NCBI GenBank assembly: GCA_964007735.1
Contig: CAXGAI010000003.1
Location: 1-64,000, forward strand
Direction of reading: 5' to 3'
Length of the DNA stretch: 64,000 nucleotides
Origin: an uncultured Rhodopirellula sp.
Lineage (GTDB): Bacteria > Planctomycetota > Planctomycetia > Pirellulales > Pirellulaceae
How positions within the stretch are numbered: the first letter of the stretch is position 1; every line of letters starts with the position of its first letter. This document shows, piece after piece, positions 30,540 through 41,204 of the stretch. The position numbers and the translations under genes were made by a program. Below the pieces are notes generated by a model. The model was given only the letters and a program-made list of their open reading frames with translations. It ran no database searches and was not told the DNA's origin.

Positions 30540-32009
30540 ATGGCCACTGCAGATATTGTCGCACCTCCAACTATTCGCCAGACACTTTGCTTTATTGGCG
30601 GACAATGGATTCCAGCAGAAAGCGGAAAGACCTTTGATACTTTCCATCCTGCCACTGGGGAAGTCATCGCTCAGGTAGCAGAAGGTGATGCTGCAGACGT
30701 GGACAAAGCGGTTGCCGCGGCTCGCAAAGCTTTTGACGACGGCCCCTGGAGGAAAATGGATGCTCGCGAACGTGGAGCAATCATGTATCGACTGGCTGAC
30801 CTAATCGAGGCCGAACTTGAAGAGTTGGCAGCATTGGAAACGTTGGACAACGGAAAACCTATAAGCGACTCACTCGCCGCAGACCTACCACTCACGATTG
30901 ACTGCCTAAGATACTACGCAGGTTACGCAGACAAGATTCACGGTCAGACGATTCCAGTTCGAGGAAATTACTTCACCTATACAAAAAAAGAACCCGTTGG
31001 TGTCGTTGGACAAATCATTCCCTGGAACTTCCCCATGCTCATGGTTGCCTGGAAATGGGGGCCCGCCTTAGCCGCTGGCTGTACCATTGTCATGAAACCT
31101 GCAGAACAAACTCCCCTTACCTGTTTACGGATGGCAAGGCTAGCGCAAAAGGCCGGAGTCCCTGACGGAGTTATTAATATTGTCCCCGGCTTTGGACCCA
31201 CTGCCGGCGCCGCAATCGTAAAACATCCCGGTATCGACAAAGTCGCATTTACCGGCGAGTACAAAACAGCCCAAACGATCATGGCTGACGCTTCCCAGAC
31301 TCTAAAGCGGCTTACTTTTGAACTCGGTGGGAAAAGCCCTAACGTTGTATTTAATGACGCGGACCTGGATGCAGCGGCAGCAGGATCGCATTTTGGTCTC
31401 TATTTCAATCAGGGACAATGCTGCTGTGCCGGAAGCCGTCTGTTTGTGCAGCAAGACATTCACGATGAATTTGTAGCTAAGCTTGTGGCAATGAATGAAT
31501 CACGAGTTGTTGGCAATCCCTTTGACAAGGCGACGGAACAAGGACCTCAAGTTGACCAAGCCCAATTCGAGAAAATTCTAAAGTACATTGACATCGGCAA
31601 GCAGGAAGGCGCTCAATGTCTGACTGGTGGTGGACGTCACGGAGAAAATGGCTACTTCATCGAACCAACCTTGTTTGATGGTGTAACCGATGAGATGCAG
31701 ATCGCTACGGATGAAATTTTCGGACCTGTCATGTCGATCCTCACATTCAAGGACACTGAGGATCTAATTCAACGGGCCAACAATACCTTCTACGGTCTGG
31801 CAGCAGCTGTTTGGTCAAGAGACATTGGTAAAGCTCATTTGCTCGCAGACCGCGTTCGTGCAGGTACTGTTTGGGTCAACTGCTATGACGTCTTTGATGC
31901 GGCTGCCCCATTTGGCGGATTCAAAATGTCCGGAATCGGCCGCGAACTTGGTGAGGAAGGACTGAAAAACTATCTCGAAACCAAGACAGTCACCGTCGCC
32001 CTTGATTAA
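30540..32009 (+). CDS. NAD-dependent aldehyde dehydrogenase (ALDH1/2-like)
   Basis: [55 protein letters not shown]. Confidence 0.95.
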   Translation: MATADIVAPPTIRQTLCFIGGQWIPAESGKTFDTFHPATGEVIAQVAEGDAADVDKAVAAARKAFDDGPWRKMDARERGAIMYRLADLIEAELEELAALETLDNGKPISDSLAADLPLTIDCLRYYAGYADKIHGQTIPVRGNYFTYTKKEPVGVVGQIIPWNFPMLMVAWKWGPALAAGCTIVMKPAEQTPLTCLRMARLAQKAGVPDGVINIVPGFGPTAGAAIVKHPGIDKVAFTGEYKTAQTIMADASQTLKRLTFELGGKSPNVVFNDADLDAAAAGSHFGLYFNQGQCCCAGSRLFVQQDIHDEFVAKLVAMNESRVVGNPFDKATEQGPQVDQAQFEKILKYIDIGKQEGAQCLTGGGRHGENGYFIEPTLFDGVTDEMQIATDEIFGPVMSILTFKDTEDLIQRANNTFYGLAAAVWSRDIGKAHLLADRVRAGTVWVNCYDVFDAAAPFGGFKMSGIGRELGEEGLKNYLETKTVTVALD

Positions 32010-32052
32010 CTCGTTTTTAGTTCGAAAGACCTCGCATAAAGCTTAAACAACC

Positions 32053-34236
32053 TTGATCAAGAAACCCAAAAGTGGTGGTGGCTGGCAGGCCATTCGCTAC
32101 GTCTTAAAGAAATCTCGAACGTCTGGCGGCTTTCTGCGGATGTGGAAATCTCTGCGCAGTAAAAACACGTGCAAAACATGTGCCGTTGGTATGGGAGGGC
32201 AGTCCGGTGGAATGGTGAACGAAACCGGACGCTCTTTAGAAATGTGCAAGAAGTCAGTGCAGGCCATGGCCGCGGACCTACAGGAAGCCGGAGCCTGTGA
32301 ACACCTCGAGTCTCATGCGATTTCACAGTTAAAAAAACAAACTCCCTATCAACTGGAGCATGCCGGACGTCTAACGCATCCCATGCTTTACGAGAAAGGA
32401 AGAGACTTTTATCGACGTATTGAATGGGATGAAGCTCTGGAGCGAATCAGCATCGCACTGAGAGAGACCTCAGCCAATGACTCCTTCTGGTACTTCAGTG
32501 GTCGCAGCAGCAACGAAGCTGGTTTTCTACTCCAACTATTTGCTCGTCTTTATGGTACCAACAACGTCAATAACTGCAGTTACTATTGTCATCAGGCCAG
32601 TGGGGTCGGGCTGAGTAGTGCTATTGGAAGTGGAACCGCAACCGTCGTTCTGGACGATGTCGAACATGCCGATCTGGTGTTCGTGATTGGAGGAAATCCT
32701 CCCAGCAACCACCCACGCCTCATGACGACGCTCATGCAAGTAAAAAACAACAAAGGTAAGGTCGTGGTGGTAAATCCCGCCGTGGAAATAGGGTTGGTTA
32801 ACTTCAAAGTTCCCAGTAATCCTTTCAGCCTCTTGTTTGGAACGCCCATTGCAGATCTCTATGTCCAACCTCATATCGGCGGTGATTTGGCAATGTTAAC
32901 TGGCGTTGCCAAGGCTATCAAAGAAATGGGAGCGGAGGACTCAGTGTTCCTTCAAAGTTATTGTGATGGTGCAGAGCAATGGTTAGACCATCTTGATGCA
33001 ATTCCCTGGGATGAAATCACAATGAAATCCGGGGTCTCCGAAGGGGAGATTCGTGAGATGGCTTCACTATATGCGAAAGCGAAGAACGTTATCTTTTGCT
33101 GGACGATGGGGATCACCCATCATACACACGGAGTCCAAAATGTTCAGGCAATCGCTAACTTAGCTATGATGCGAGGGATGCTTGGCAGACCGCATGCCGG
33201 ATTACTCCCTGTTCGAGGCCACAGCAATGTGCAGGGAATTGGTTCTGTAGGGGTTACCCCCAAGCTTAAGGACGCAATCTTCAATGCTCTGGAATCTGAG
33301 CTCAATGTCGAGCTACCGACAACAGAAGGCCTCGACACTCTGGGTTGCATGGAGGCAACAGACCGAGGTGAACTGAGTCTGGGGTTTTGCCTTGGTGGAA
33401 ATCTATATGGTTCCAACCCGGACTTAGAATTCGCCGCTACATCGCTAAGCAAACTTAAGACTCTTGTGTACATTAATACGACACTAAATACAGGGCATGC
33501 ACATGGTCTGGCAGACCAAACAATCATCCTCCCCGTACTCGCTCGTGATGAAGAAGCACAGCCTACGACTCAGGAATCGATGTTTAACTTCGTGCGACTA
33601 AGTGACGGAGGCCCACGTCGGCACGACGGGCCCCGTAGTGAAATCGATGTGATCACTGACATTGCCGGTAAGACTCTGGGAACAGAAAGTCCTGTCAACT
33701 GGCAAGCTATGAAAGAAGCCCCTAATATTCGTAGTGCTATCGGCAAGACCATTCCCGGATTCGAGAAAATCGCAGACATCGACGAAACAAAGAGTGAATT
33801 CCAAATTGGTGGCCGAACGTTTCATACCCCACAATTCTCAACCCCTAATGGAAAAGCTCAAATACACTGCCACAAACTTCCGGCACTGAAAGGAGACGAA
33901 ACCCAATTGCGGCTAATGACAGTTCGCAGTGAAGGCCAGTTCAATACCGTCGTTTATGAAGAGACCGATATTTATCGGGGAATAGAACGTCGTGATGTCA
34001 TTTTAATTAATCCGACCGACACGAAGAGGCTTGGTTATCGACATGACCAAAAGGTCACCGTCAAGAGTCCGACCGGAGAGCTTCAAGATATCCGCATTCG
34101 CAATTATGACGACATACGAGCCGGAAACGTACTCATGTATTTCCCCGAAGCAAATGTTTTGGTACCCAGGACGACGGATCCACAATCACGAACGCCCGCC
34201 TTCAAAGGGGCGCTAGTGACTCTACACGCCCAGTAA
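32053..34236 (+). CDS. FdhF/YdeP family molybdopterin oxidoreductase (Fdh4-like formate dehydrogenase)
   Basis: CKTCAVGMGG, SGRSSNEA, NNCSYYCHQAS, WTMGITHH, PVRGHSNVQG, MTVRSEGQFNT, SRTPAFK. Confidence 0.9.
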   Translation: MIKKPKSGGGWQAIRYVLKKSRTSGGFLRMWKSLRSKNTCKTCAVGMGGQSGGMVNETGRSLEMCKKSVQAMAADLQEAGACEHLESHAISQLKKQTPYQLEHAGRLTHPMLYEKGRDFYRRIEWDEALERISIALRETSANDSFWYFSGRSSNEAGFLLQLFARLYGTNNVNNCSYYCHQASGVGLSSAIGSGTATVVLDDVEHADLVFVIGGNPPSNHPRLMTTLMQVKNNKGKVVVVNPAVEIGLVNFKVPSNPFSLLFGTPIADLYVQPHIGGDLAMLTGVAKAIKEMGAEDSVFLQSYCDGAEQWLDHLDAIPWDEITMKSGVSEGEIREMASLYAKAKNVIFCWTMGITHHTHGVQNVQAIANLAMMRGMLGRPHAGLLPVRGHSNVQGIGSVGVTPKLKDAIFNALESELNVELPTTEGLDTLGCMEATDRGELSLGFCLGGNLYGSNPDLEFAATSLSKLKTLVYINTTLNTGHAHGLADQTIILPVLARDEEAQPTTQESMFNFVRLSDGGPRRHDGPRSEIDVITDIAGKTLGTESPVNWQAMKEAPNIRSAIGKTIPGFEKIADIDETKSEFQIGGRTFHTPQFSTPNGKAQIHCHKLPALKGDETQLRLMTVRSEGQFNTVVYEETDIYRGIERRDVILINPTDTKRLGYRHDQKVTVKSPTGELQDIRIRNYDDIRAGNVLMYFPEANVLVPRTTDPQSRTPAFKGALVTLHAQ

Positions 34237-34399
34237 AATCCCAAACAGAACACGATGACTTGAACCATCCTGTGTGGATGGGTTAGCCGTGAAGTACGGC
34301 AGGCATCTAGCCGATATCTAGGGTAGGCGTAGGCCTAACCAATGAATTACGCAAAGACCGCAAGCCTTTGCTTACTCTATTTACTGAACCCGCAACCCA

Positions 34400-36490
34400 A
34401 TGGCTGCAGCAAACAAAGCGATTTCAAGATGGTCTGCTATCACTATTCTCAGTAGTGCTCTGCTGCTGTTCCAGGTTCAACCGATGGCAAGTAAAGCAAT
34501 CCTTTCCTGGTTCGGAGGGGCATCGAGCGTCTGGACAACCAGCATGCTGTTTTTCCAAACGATACTCGTGGCAGGCTATTGCTATGCTCACCTCATGAGT
34601 CGCTGGCCAATTCAACGCCAGTTCAAAATACACACTATGCTTGTACTCAGTGCCTGTGTCTTTCTACCACTTTCCTTTGCTGCCCCTGAGGCAACAAAAG
34701 CTTCTGTACACCCCATCCCTACCATTCTTCTCCTCCTACTGGCAACCGTTGGACTTCCCTATTTTGTTTTATCAACCACAGGCCCTCTCGTTCAAAGTTG
34801 GTACGGACTCACCCAGGGGCAAGGGACTCCCTATCGGCTTTATTCACTTTCCAATATCGGCTCACTAACAGCACTAATCACCTACCCTTTCCTGATGGAA
34901 GTCTACCTCGACATTCCAACTCAGAGTCAAGTCTGGTCTTTGGGCTACCTGCTCTTCGCGTTGTCCGTTGGAGCACTCGGATGGCAATGCGTTCAGCTAG
35001 GAGGGAGCACGAAAGTCGAGAGCGAGCCACCCAAGACTGTCGTCAAACCAGCCCCTAACATTAAACAGGCCTTAAAGTGGACTGGCCTCGCGGCTTTAGC
35101 TTCAACACTATTGCTGGCAGTGACTGACCAGCTAACCCAAGACGTCGCTGTGATACCATTTCTTTGGATTCTGCCACTGGCGATATACCTCTTCAGCTTT
35201 ATCATTGCCTTCGACAATTCAAAGTGGTACTTCCGTAAAAGCTTTGCAACTGCTACAGCCACAGGGATTCTTGTCCTGAGCCTATATTACATCCGTGAAA
35301 CAGCAGATAACTATCTGGGGACACCTCTTTTCCAAAGTATCGCCGAAAACGTGATTGTTTACACAACCATGGTGGCCATTGTCTTCTTCCTTATCTGCAT
35401 GACTTGTCATGGAGAGTTGTTCCGTTTACGTCCTGACAAACAGCACCTAACGTTTTACTACCTCTGCGTCTCCATCGGTGGAGCCTTCGGAGGATTCTTT
35501 GTTTCGGTCGTCTGCCCTCTTATCTTCTCACAATACCACGAGTATCACCTGGGGCTGATTACCACCTTCACTCTGGCGGGCCTGATCTTAGTAAAACAAG
35601 TACTGAACAAAAACGGCGTCCTGCAATTAACTGTCGTGATTCCCGTAGGGTTAGCCTTTGGATTAGTAGTTTTAAGCCAGTGGCAAATGACCCAAAATCA
35701 AGCGGCAATTGCCACACGCAGTTTCTACGGTACGTTACAGGTCAGCCCAAGAACATACGCTCATGACCCAGGTAAGCAATATCTTGAATTGCGTCATGGT
35801 CGAGTTGTGCATGGCTCACAGATTATCGACGACTCTTTATCAATCAAACCAACAACCTATTATGGTTTAAACTCTGGTATCGGTCAGGTCTTCAAAGTAC
35901 TGGAAGATCGAGCCGATAAAGATATTACAGCCGTTGGCCTGGGTGTCGGAACGCTCAGTGTCTATGCGCGACGCGGTGACGTCCTGCGATTCTATGAAAT
36001 TAATCCGGATGTCATTGAAATAGCCCAAACACATTTTAGTTATTTAGAAAAGTCACCAACTAATATCGAGACCATTGCAGTAGACGGCCGTATGGGAATC
36101 CAGTCTTTACCATCCAATTCGACAGATCTTTTGATCCTCGATGCCTTTAGCAGCGATGCCATACCGGTTCACCTGCTGACTCTGGAAGCCTTCGACGTCT
36201 ACCTGGATCGTCTCAGAAGAGATGGCGTGATTTGTGTACACATAAGCAATAACCATCTTGATTTAACTCCGGTATTATTCGGTATTGCTCAACATCACGA
36301 TCTATCATTTCGAGTAATCAACTCTACGGGAAAGGAAGACACGTTTGACGCCCAATGGGGAATCTTTTCAACAAACACCCAGTTTACAGCGATGTTGGAC
36401 GAACAAACCAGCGCGATCCAACCTACAAACATAAAACAGATTTCGCCCTGGACTGATCACTATAGCAATCTATTGCAAATCATAAAATGA
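34400..36490 (+). CDS. Fused multi-TM / spermidine synthase-like SAM-dependent methyltransferase domain protein
   Basis: SALLLFQVQP, FGGASSVW, PYRLYSLSNIGS, CHGEL, many TM helices; C-terminal VGLGVGTL, YEINP, LDAFSSDAIP, WTDHYSN. Confidence 0.88.
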   Translation: MAAANKAISRWSAITILSSALLLFQVQPMASKAILSWFGGASSVWTTSMLFFQTILVAGYCYAHLMSRWPIQRQFKIHTMLVLSACVFLPLSFAAPEATKASVHPIPTILLLLLATVGLPYFVLSTTGPLVQSWYGLTQGQGTPYRLYSLSNIGSLTALITYPFLMEVYLDIPTQSQVWSLGYLLFALSVGALGWQCVQLGGSTKVESEPPKTVVKPAPNIKQALKWTGLAALASTLLLAVTDQLTQDVAVIPFLWILPLAIYLFSFIIAFDNSKWYFRKSFATATATGILVLSLYYIRETADNYLGTPLFQSIAENVIVYTTMVAIVFFLICMTCHGELFRLRPDKQHLTFYYLCVSIGGAFGGFFVSVVCPLIFSQYHEYHLGLITTFTLAGLILVKQVLNKNGVLQLTVVIPVGLAFGLVVLSQWQMTQNQAAIATRSFYGTLQVSPRTYAHDPGKQYLELRHGRVVHGSQIIDDSLSIKPTTYYGLNSGIGQVFKVLEDRADKDITAVGLGVGTLSVYARRGDVLRFYEINPDVIEIAQTHFSYLEKSPTNIETIAVDGRMGIQSLPSNSTDLLILDAFSSDAIPVHLLTLEAFDVYLDRLRRDGVICVHISNNHLDLTPVLFGIAQHHDLSFRVINSTGKEDTFDAQWGIFSTNTQFTAMLDEQTSAIQPTNIKQISPWTDHYSNLLQIIK

Positions 36491-37992
36491 GACCGTCCAA
36501 ACACATCAGGCTTGTTAGCATCATCTTAGGGTTTGCCCTAATCATGGCTCTCTACACCATTGGAACACACTTTGGTTTAAACGGCATTACACGACGACCA
36601 CTAGTAGCATTCATCACGATCTCTTGTGTCTTATTATTGATTGGGACAACCTATGTTACTTGGATGTCCCCAAAAGGACTTGAACAAATCCAAGGACGGG
36701 TTTATGAATTCAGCAAACCATCCAGGGAGGACAACAAACCCATCCCCCCCATGGCAATATTAGTATTAGTCGTAGCTGCCATCGGATTTCTGTCTCTGAC
36801 TTCTACCTATCACGCTATTCTCATCGAAGACACACATGGTGACCCGGCAGCATTCCTCCGCTTTGCTTCAGAAACCCAACAGAATGGAGGGGTTCTGCAA
36901 TTACTAAGCGAACTCTACTCAGGCCAATATATCCAAGCCAATCAGCATCCTTTCTATATCAGCCTGCTTTCACTCTCTCCTAATTTAACCTTCGGAAAAG
37001 CTCTCAGTTTCTCAGCTACGGTTGCCACCTTTCTTCTCATCACGGTCTACCTCATTAAAGTTTATCACTGGCGTATTGCTGCGATCACTGCCACACTACT
37101 CGCTACCAATCATGCATTTTCTTATTTCTCGGGACTTGCCACGTGTGAAGCCTGGCTAACGCTATTTGTTACGACGACGTGGATCTCGACCGACCAGGCA
37201 TTGAAAAGTAGAACAACAAAACGAGCACACATTTGCTGGCTGGCTGCCGGACTCCTCATGGGACTAGCTTATTTAACCAAAGGCACGGGGTTATTGTTCC
37301 TATGCGGAGTGACACTGGCAGCCGGTACGTTTGGAATTACACATCAACTGGCCACCTCCCCAGGCCAAAAAACGCGTGCCGCGTTGACAGCCATGGCCGT
37401 TGTCATCGGGGGGTGGTTGATCACAGCCCATCCGTTGCTTGTACGCAATACCGTGGTCTATGGATCACCAACATTCAACGTAAATTCCTACTTCCTTTAC
37501 ATGGACGAGTTCCCCACTGAACCTGAAATACAAGCCACATTGTCTGCCTCAGATTCATTGGCAGAAGTACGCCGTGAATTTCTTAAACGACACTCCATTA
37601 GCGATTTGATTCAACGTGAGATCAAAGGAATTGGCTGGGAAACTTTCATCTTCACAAGGTCTCTAGGCCCAAGTCCTTTAGGCGAAAGCCGAGTCTTGGC
37701 TGGCGTCTTCATTCTGCTACTAATGGTACTGGCTGTGCTACATCTAGAGCGATCCATGCAGATTTTTGTTCTGTCACTTATTACTGCCAGCATTCTAGTA
37801 TTTGCATGGTACGTCCCCATCGCCGCGGGTGAACGCTTTACTGCTCCCATCTTACCACTGATGATGATTTATGCTGGCATGGGGATGCACAATATCGTTT
37901 CAAATCAATCAGGCATCTCGACAAATTCAGCCATGCTCGCCTGCCTATGCTGGACCGTCATCTGGTCCAGCTATACTGTTTTCGCATTTTAG
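36487..37992 (+). CDS. GT-C fold (ArnT/PMT-like) membrane glycosyltransferase
   Basis: Multi-TM protein, HPFYI..L loop, GLAYLTKGTG, RNTVVYGSP, ERF..PILP. Confidence 0.7.
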   Translation: MRPSKHIRLVSIILGFALIMALYTIGTHFGLNGITRRPLVAFITISCVLLLIGTTYVTWMSPKGLEQIQGRVYEFSKPSREDNKPIPPMAILVLVVAAIGFLSLTSTYHAILIEDTHGDPAAFLRFASETQQNGGVLQLLSELYSGQYIQANQHPFYISLLSLSPNLTFGKALSFSATVATFLLITVYLIKVYHWRIAAITATLLATNHAFSYFSGLATCEAWLTLFVTTTWISTDQALKSRTTKRAHICWLAAGLLMGLAYLTKGTGLLFLCGVTLAAGTFGITHQLATSPGQKTRAALTAMAVVIGGWLITAHPLLVRNTVVYGSPTFNVNSYFLYMDEFPTEPEIQATLSASDSLAEVRREFLKRHSISDLIQREIKGIGWETFIFTRSLGPSPLGESRVLAGVFILLLMVLAVLHLERSMQIFVLSLITASILVFAWYVPIAAGERFTAPILPLMMIYAGMGMHNIVSNQSGISTNSAMLACLCWTVIWSSYTVFAF

Positions 37993-37997
37993 AAGTA

Positions 37998-40619
37998 CTA
38001 ATCGTCCTGGAGTGAAGTTTGCCACTTCTGGATAAGAACAATGGCTTGCATCGGTGTAAGATGATTCAAATCTATTTCACGAATATGATCTAGAAGAGGA
38101 TGCTCCTGCCCTCCGAACAACGACATTTGGCTATCGCTTGAACGACTTGCACTTGAAATCGCAATTTCACCTCCACCATGAGATGCTTCTAACTGGCCCA
38201 AGATCTCTGTTGCTCGATCATTGACCGAGCGTGGAACTCCGGCCAATTTGGCCACATGAATCCCATAGCTTTTATCTGCTGATCCTTCTACGATCTTATG
38301 CAAGAAGACGACATTATCCTCCCATTCTTTCACCGACACATTCAGATTTGTAAGGCGTTCAAGTGTCAATGAGAGATCGGTTAGTTCATGGTAGTGGGTT
38401 GCAAACAGTGTTCGAGCCTGCAACTTCTCGTGAATAAACTCAACAATAGCCCATGCCAGCGAAACGCCATCATAGGTACTCGTACCGCGTCCGATCTCAT
38501 CAAGGATAATCAGACTTCGTTTGGTCGCTGTATTGAGGATTCGAGCGGTCTCGGTCATTTCCACCATGAACGTCGATTGGCCGCGCGACAACTCATCACT
38601 GGCTCCTACTCGAGCAAAGATGCGATCTGCGATTCCGATGACCGCAGATGTGGCAGGCACAAAACTACCCACCTGAGCCATGAGCGTAATCAGGGCGACC
38701 TGTCTGATGTACGTACTTTTACCAGCCATATTCGGCCCAGTAATTAACAGTAGGTTCTTATCGTCATGATCTGCTACTGTATCATTGGGAACAAAGGTGC
38801 CATCTGGCTCTGTGATATCTAATACCGGGTGTCGTCCTCCACGGATCTCCAAGACTGGATCTTTCTGCATTACAGGTCTGCAGTAGCCACGCAGAACTGC
38901 CAACTCGGCCAAAGCCTGAAGCACGTCTAGACTAGCCAATTGATCTGCCGTTCGTTTCAACTGCCCCTGAGCTTCATGAACCTGATCGCGAATCGCAAGA
39001 AACAATTCGTACTCAAGCACTTTAGCTTTGTCGTCGCTACTGAGCACTGCTTCTTCGTATTCCTTCAACTCGGGAGTAATGTAACGCTCTGCATTTTTCA
39101 ATGTCTGTTTACGTATATACTCTTCTGGTGCCTTATCTTTATTTGCGTTACTAAGTTCCAGGTAATAACCAAATACTTTATTGAAGCCAACCTTGAGGTT
39201 GGTCACTCCGATGCGTTCAGCTTCACGAGACTGATACTCAGCAATCCATTGCTTTCCCCCCGCCGCCAATTTCCGCAGTTCATCCAATTCTTCACTGTAA
39301 CCGTCACGAATCAACCCACCGTCTCGGGCTAACAACGGGCAATCATCCACCAACGCAGATTCAAGTGACTCACATAACTCGGGGCATAAATCGATCGAAT
39401 CATAAGCAAGCTTTAACAAAGCACTTTGGCGATCATTGACAACGTCCTTCAATGGAGGTAACTGACGCAATGTTCTACCAATATGAGCAAGATCACGAGG
39501 GCTGGCTCGTCCGGTGGAAACCCGGGCTAGCAAACGTTCAATGTCATAAACTTCTCGCAATTTCTCACGCAAAGTGTCTCGTAGCCGGTTCTCTTTTGTC
39601 AGTTCCTCAACACTGTCGTGACGACACTCGATATCATGTTGGTTCGTCAGCGGATTCGAGATCCAATCGGCAAGCAAACGGGAGCCCATCGCGGTCACTG
39701 TCCTGTCAATCACAGACAACAAAGAGCCATCCCGGCTTCCGTCTCGCAACGTCTTAGTGATTTCCAAACTGCGTCTGGTCGCCTCATCAATCTCCAGAGT
39801 ACTACCAGTACGATACGGTAACAGACTTTCAAAGTGGTCGAGTGAACTCTTTTGCGTTTCAACAAGGTAATCCAGCAAGGCTCCTGCTGCCCTAATCGCC
39901 GGATTGTCGTCATTAGTGAAACCAAATCCATCTAAATGTTTCGTTCCAAACTGTTTTGAAAGTAAAGTCTTTGCACTATCCAGTCCAAAAGCCCAGACCG
40001 GTCGCCTCGTCAACATGAATTGATCCGTTAAGTATTCAGGAACACAGTCTGCTTCTTCATCAACAAGCACTTCAGCTGGTCCAATTCTTACCAATTGGTC
40101 GGCTAATTCTGACATCCGAAAGACCGAGGCCTGAAATCGTCCTGTAGACAAATCTGCCCAAGCAAAGCCCACTTGCTGATCCCCGGGCTCTTCGATCAGC
40201 TTATCTCTAGCACCTCCCTGACTTACGTCAGGCACTAAAGCAAGTAAGTAATTGCTTTCACGAGGATCCAACATGGCGTCATCGGTAAGCGTACCGGGAG
40301 AAACGATCCGTGCGATCTCTCGTTTAACCAGTCCTTTAGCTTCTTTAGGATCCTGAACCTGTTCGCAAACAGCGGCGCGAAATCCAGCATTAATTAACCG
40401 ACTAAGATAAGGTTCAAGTTGATGATGGGGAAAACCCGCCATTGGAACCGGATTTTCCCCTTTATCACGACTCGTCAACGAGAGCCCGAGTTCACGGGAA
40501 GCAATGCGAGCATCTTCATGAAAAAGTTCATAGAAGTCTCCCATGCGGAAAAGCAACAAAGCATCGCCGGCGATTGCTTTGGCTTCATCGTACTGCTGCA
40601 TCATTGGTGTCTTAGCCAT
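37998..40619 (-). CDS. mutS: DNA mismatch repair protein MutS
   Basis: TPMMQQY, FRMGDFYELF, TGPNMAGKSTY, STFMVEM, ILDEIGRGTSTYDG, ATHYHEL, SYGIHVA. Confidence 0.98.
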   Translation of the reverse strand: MAKTPMMQQYDEAKAIAGDALLLFRMGDFYELFHEDARIASRELGLSLTSRDKGENPVPMAGFPHHQLEPYLSRLINAGFRAAVCEQVQDPKEAKGLVKREIARIVSPGTLTDDAMLDPRESNYLLALVPDVSQGGARDKLIEEPGDQQVGFAWADLSTGRFQASVFRMSELADQLVRIGPAEVLVDEEADCVPEYLTDQFMLTRRPVWAFGLDSAKTLLSKQFGTKHLDGFGFTNDDNPAIRAAGALLDYLVETQKSSLDHFESLLPYRTGSTLEIDEATRRSLEITKTLRDGSRDGSLLSVIDRTVTAMGSRLLADWISNPLTNQHDIECRHDSVEELTKENRLRDTLREKLREVYDIERLLARVSTGRASPRDLAHIGRTLRQLPPLKDVVNDRQSALLKLAYDSIDLCPELCESLESALVDDCPLLARDGGLIRDGYSEELDELRKLAAGGKQWIAEYQSREAERIGVTNLKVGFNKVFGYYLELSNANKDKAPEEYIRKQTLKNAERYITPELKEYEEAVLSSDDKAKVLEYELFLAIRDQVHEAQGQLKRTADQLASLDVLQALAELAVLRGYCRPVMQKDPVLEIRGGRHPVLDITEPDGTFVPNDTVADHDDKNLLLITGPNMAGKSTYIRQVALITLMAQVGSFVPATSAVIGIADRIFARVGASDELSRGQSTFMVEMTETARILNTATKRSLIILDEIGRGTSTYDGVSLAWAIVEFIHEKLQARTLFATHYHELTDLSLTLERLTNLNVSVKEWEDNVVFLHKIVEGSADKSYGIHVAKLAGVPRSVNDRATEILGQLEASHGGGEIAISSASRSSDSQMSLFGGQEHPLLDHIREIDLNHLTPMQAIVLIQKWQTSLQDD

Positions 40620-40687
40620 AGCAGCAAATTTTACCTATTGCGACACTTTTTTCCATCATACGTAAGCGAAAACCACTCTCTTAAGAC

Positions 40688-41194
40688 TCATACTAGCTTC
40701 AAATCGTCGCCAGTCCGGGTTACGACGCCCCATTGTCCTTCATTTTCATCCACGCCAATCTCAAGTTGATCAATGTGAATGAGCCCTTTCGCTGACAATC
40801 GCTTGACCAATTCGGTAGCAATATAGTCAGCCAGCAATTCTGCCGTAGTATTGGATAGGGGGAGCAATACGCAATCATCCAGAGGGAAAATCCATCGTCG
40901 TTCTTCAAAGGTCACTAGCACTTCCTTGTGATCAGGCGTGACCTTAATTTGCTCATGAGCCATGGGCAACAGAACGTGGTGATCTAAGGCCCCGGTGATT
41001 TCCTTCAAAGTATCTCGCAAAGCAATAAAGTCGATCACATACTGATTTCCATCGAGTGGAGCCTGAACTTCTGCGTAAACTCGATAGTTATGACCATGAA
41101 TACGCTCGCAAATATTATCTGCAAACGTAATAAAGTGAGCCGCACTAAAAATGAGATGCTCTTTTTCTAACTTCACTCGATAGCTCTTTGCCAT
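40688..41194 (-). CDS. 6-pyruvoyl-tetrahydropterin synthase / QueD family protein
   Basis: FSAAHFI, CERIHGHNY, IDF, LDHHVL, NTTAELLA. Confidence 0.88.
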   Translation of the reverse strand: MAKSYRVKLEKEHLIFSAAHFITFADNICERIHGHNYRVYAEVQAPLDGNQYVIDFIALRDTLKEITGALDHHVLLPMAHEQIKVTPDHKEVLVTFEERRWIFPLDDCVLLPLSNTTAELLADYIATELVKRLSAKGLIHIDQLEIGVDENEGQWGVVTRTGDDLKLV

Positions 41195-41204
41195 AATTAA
41201 CGCC

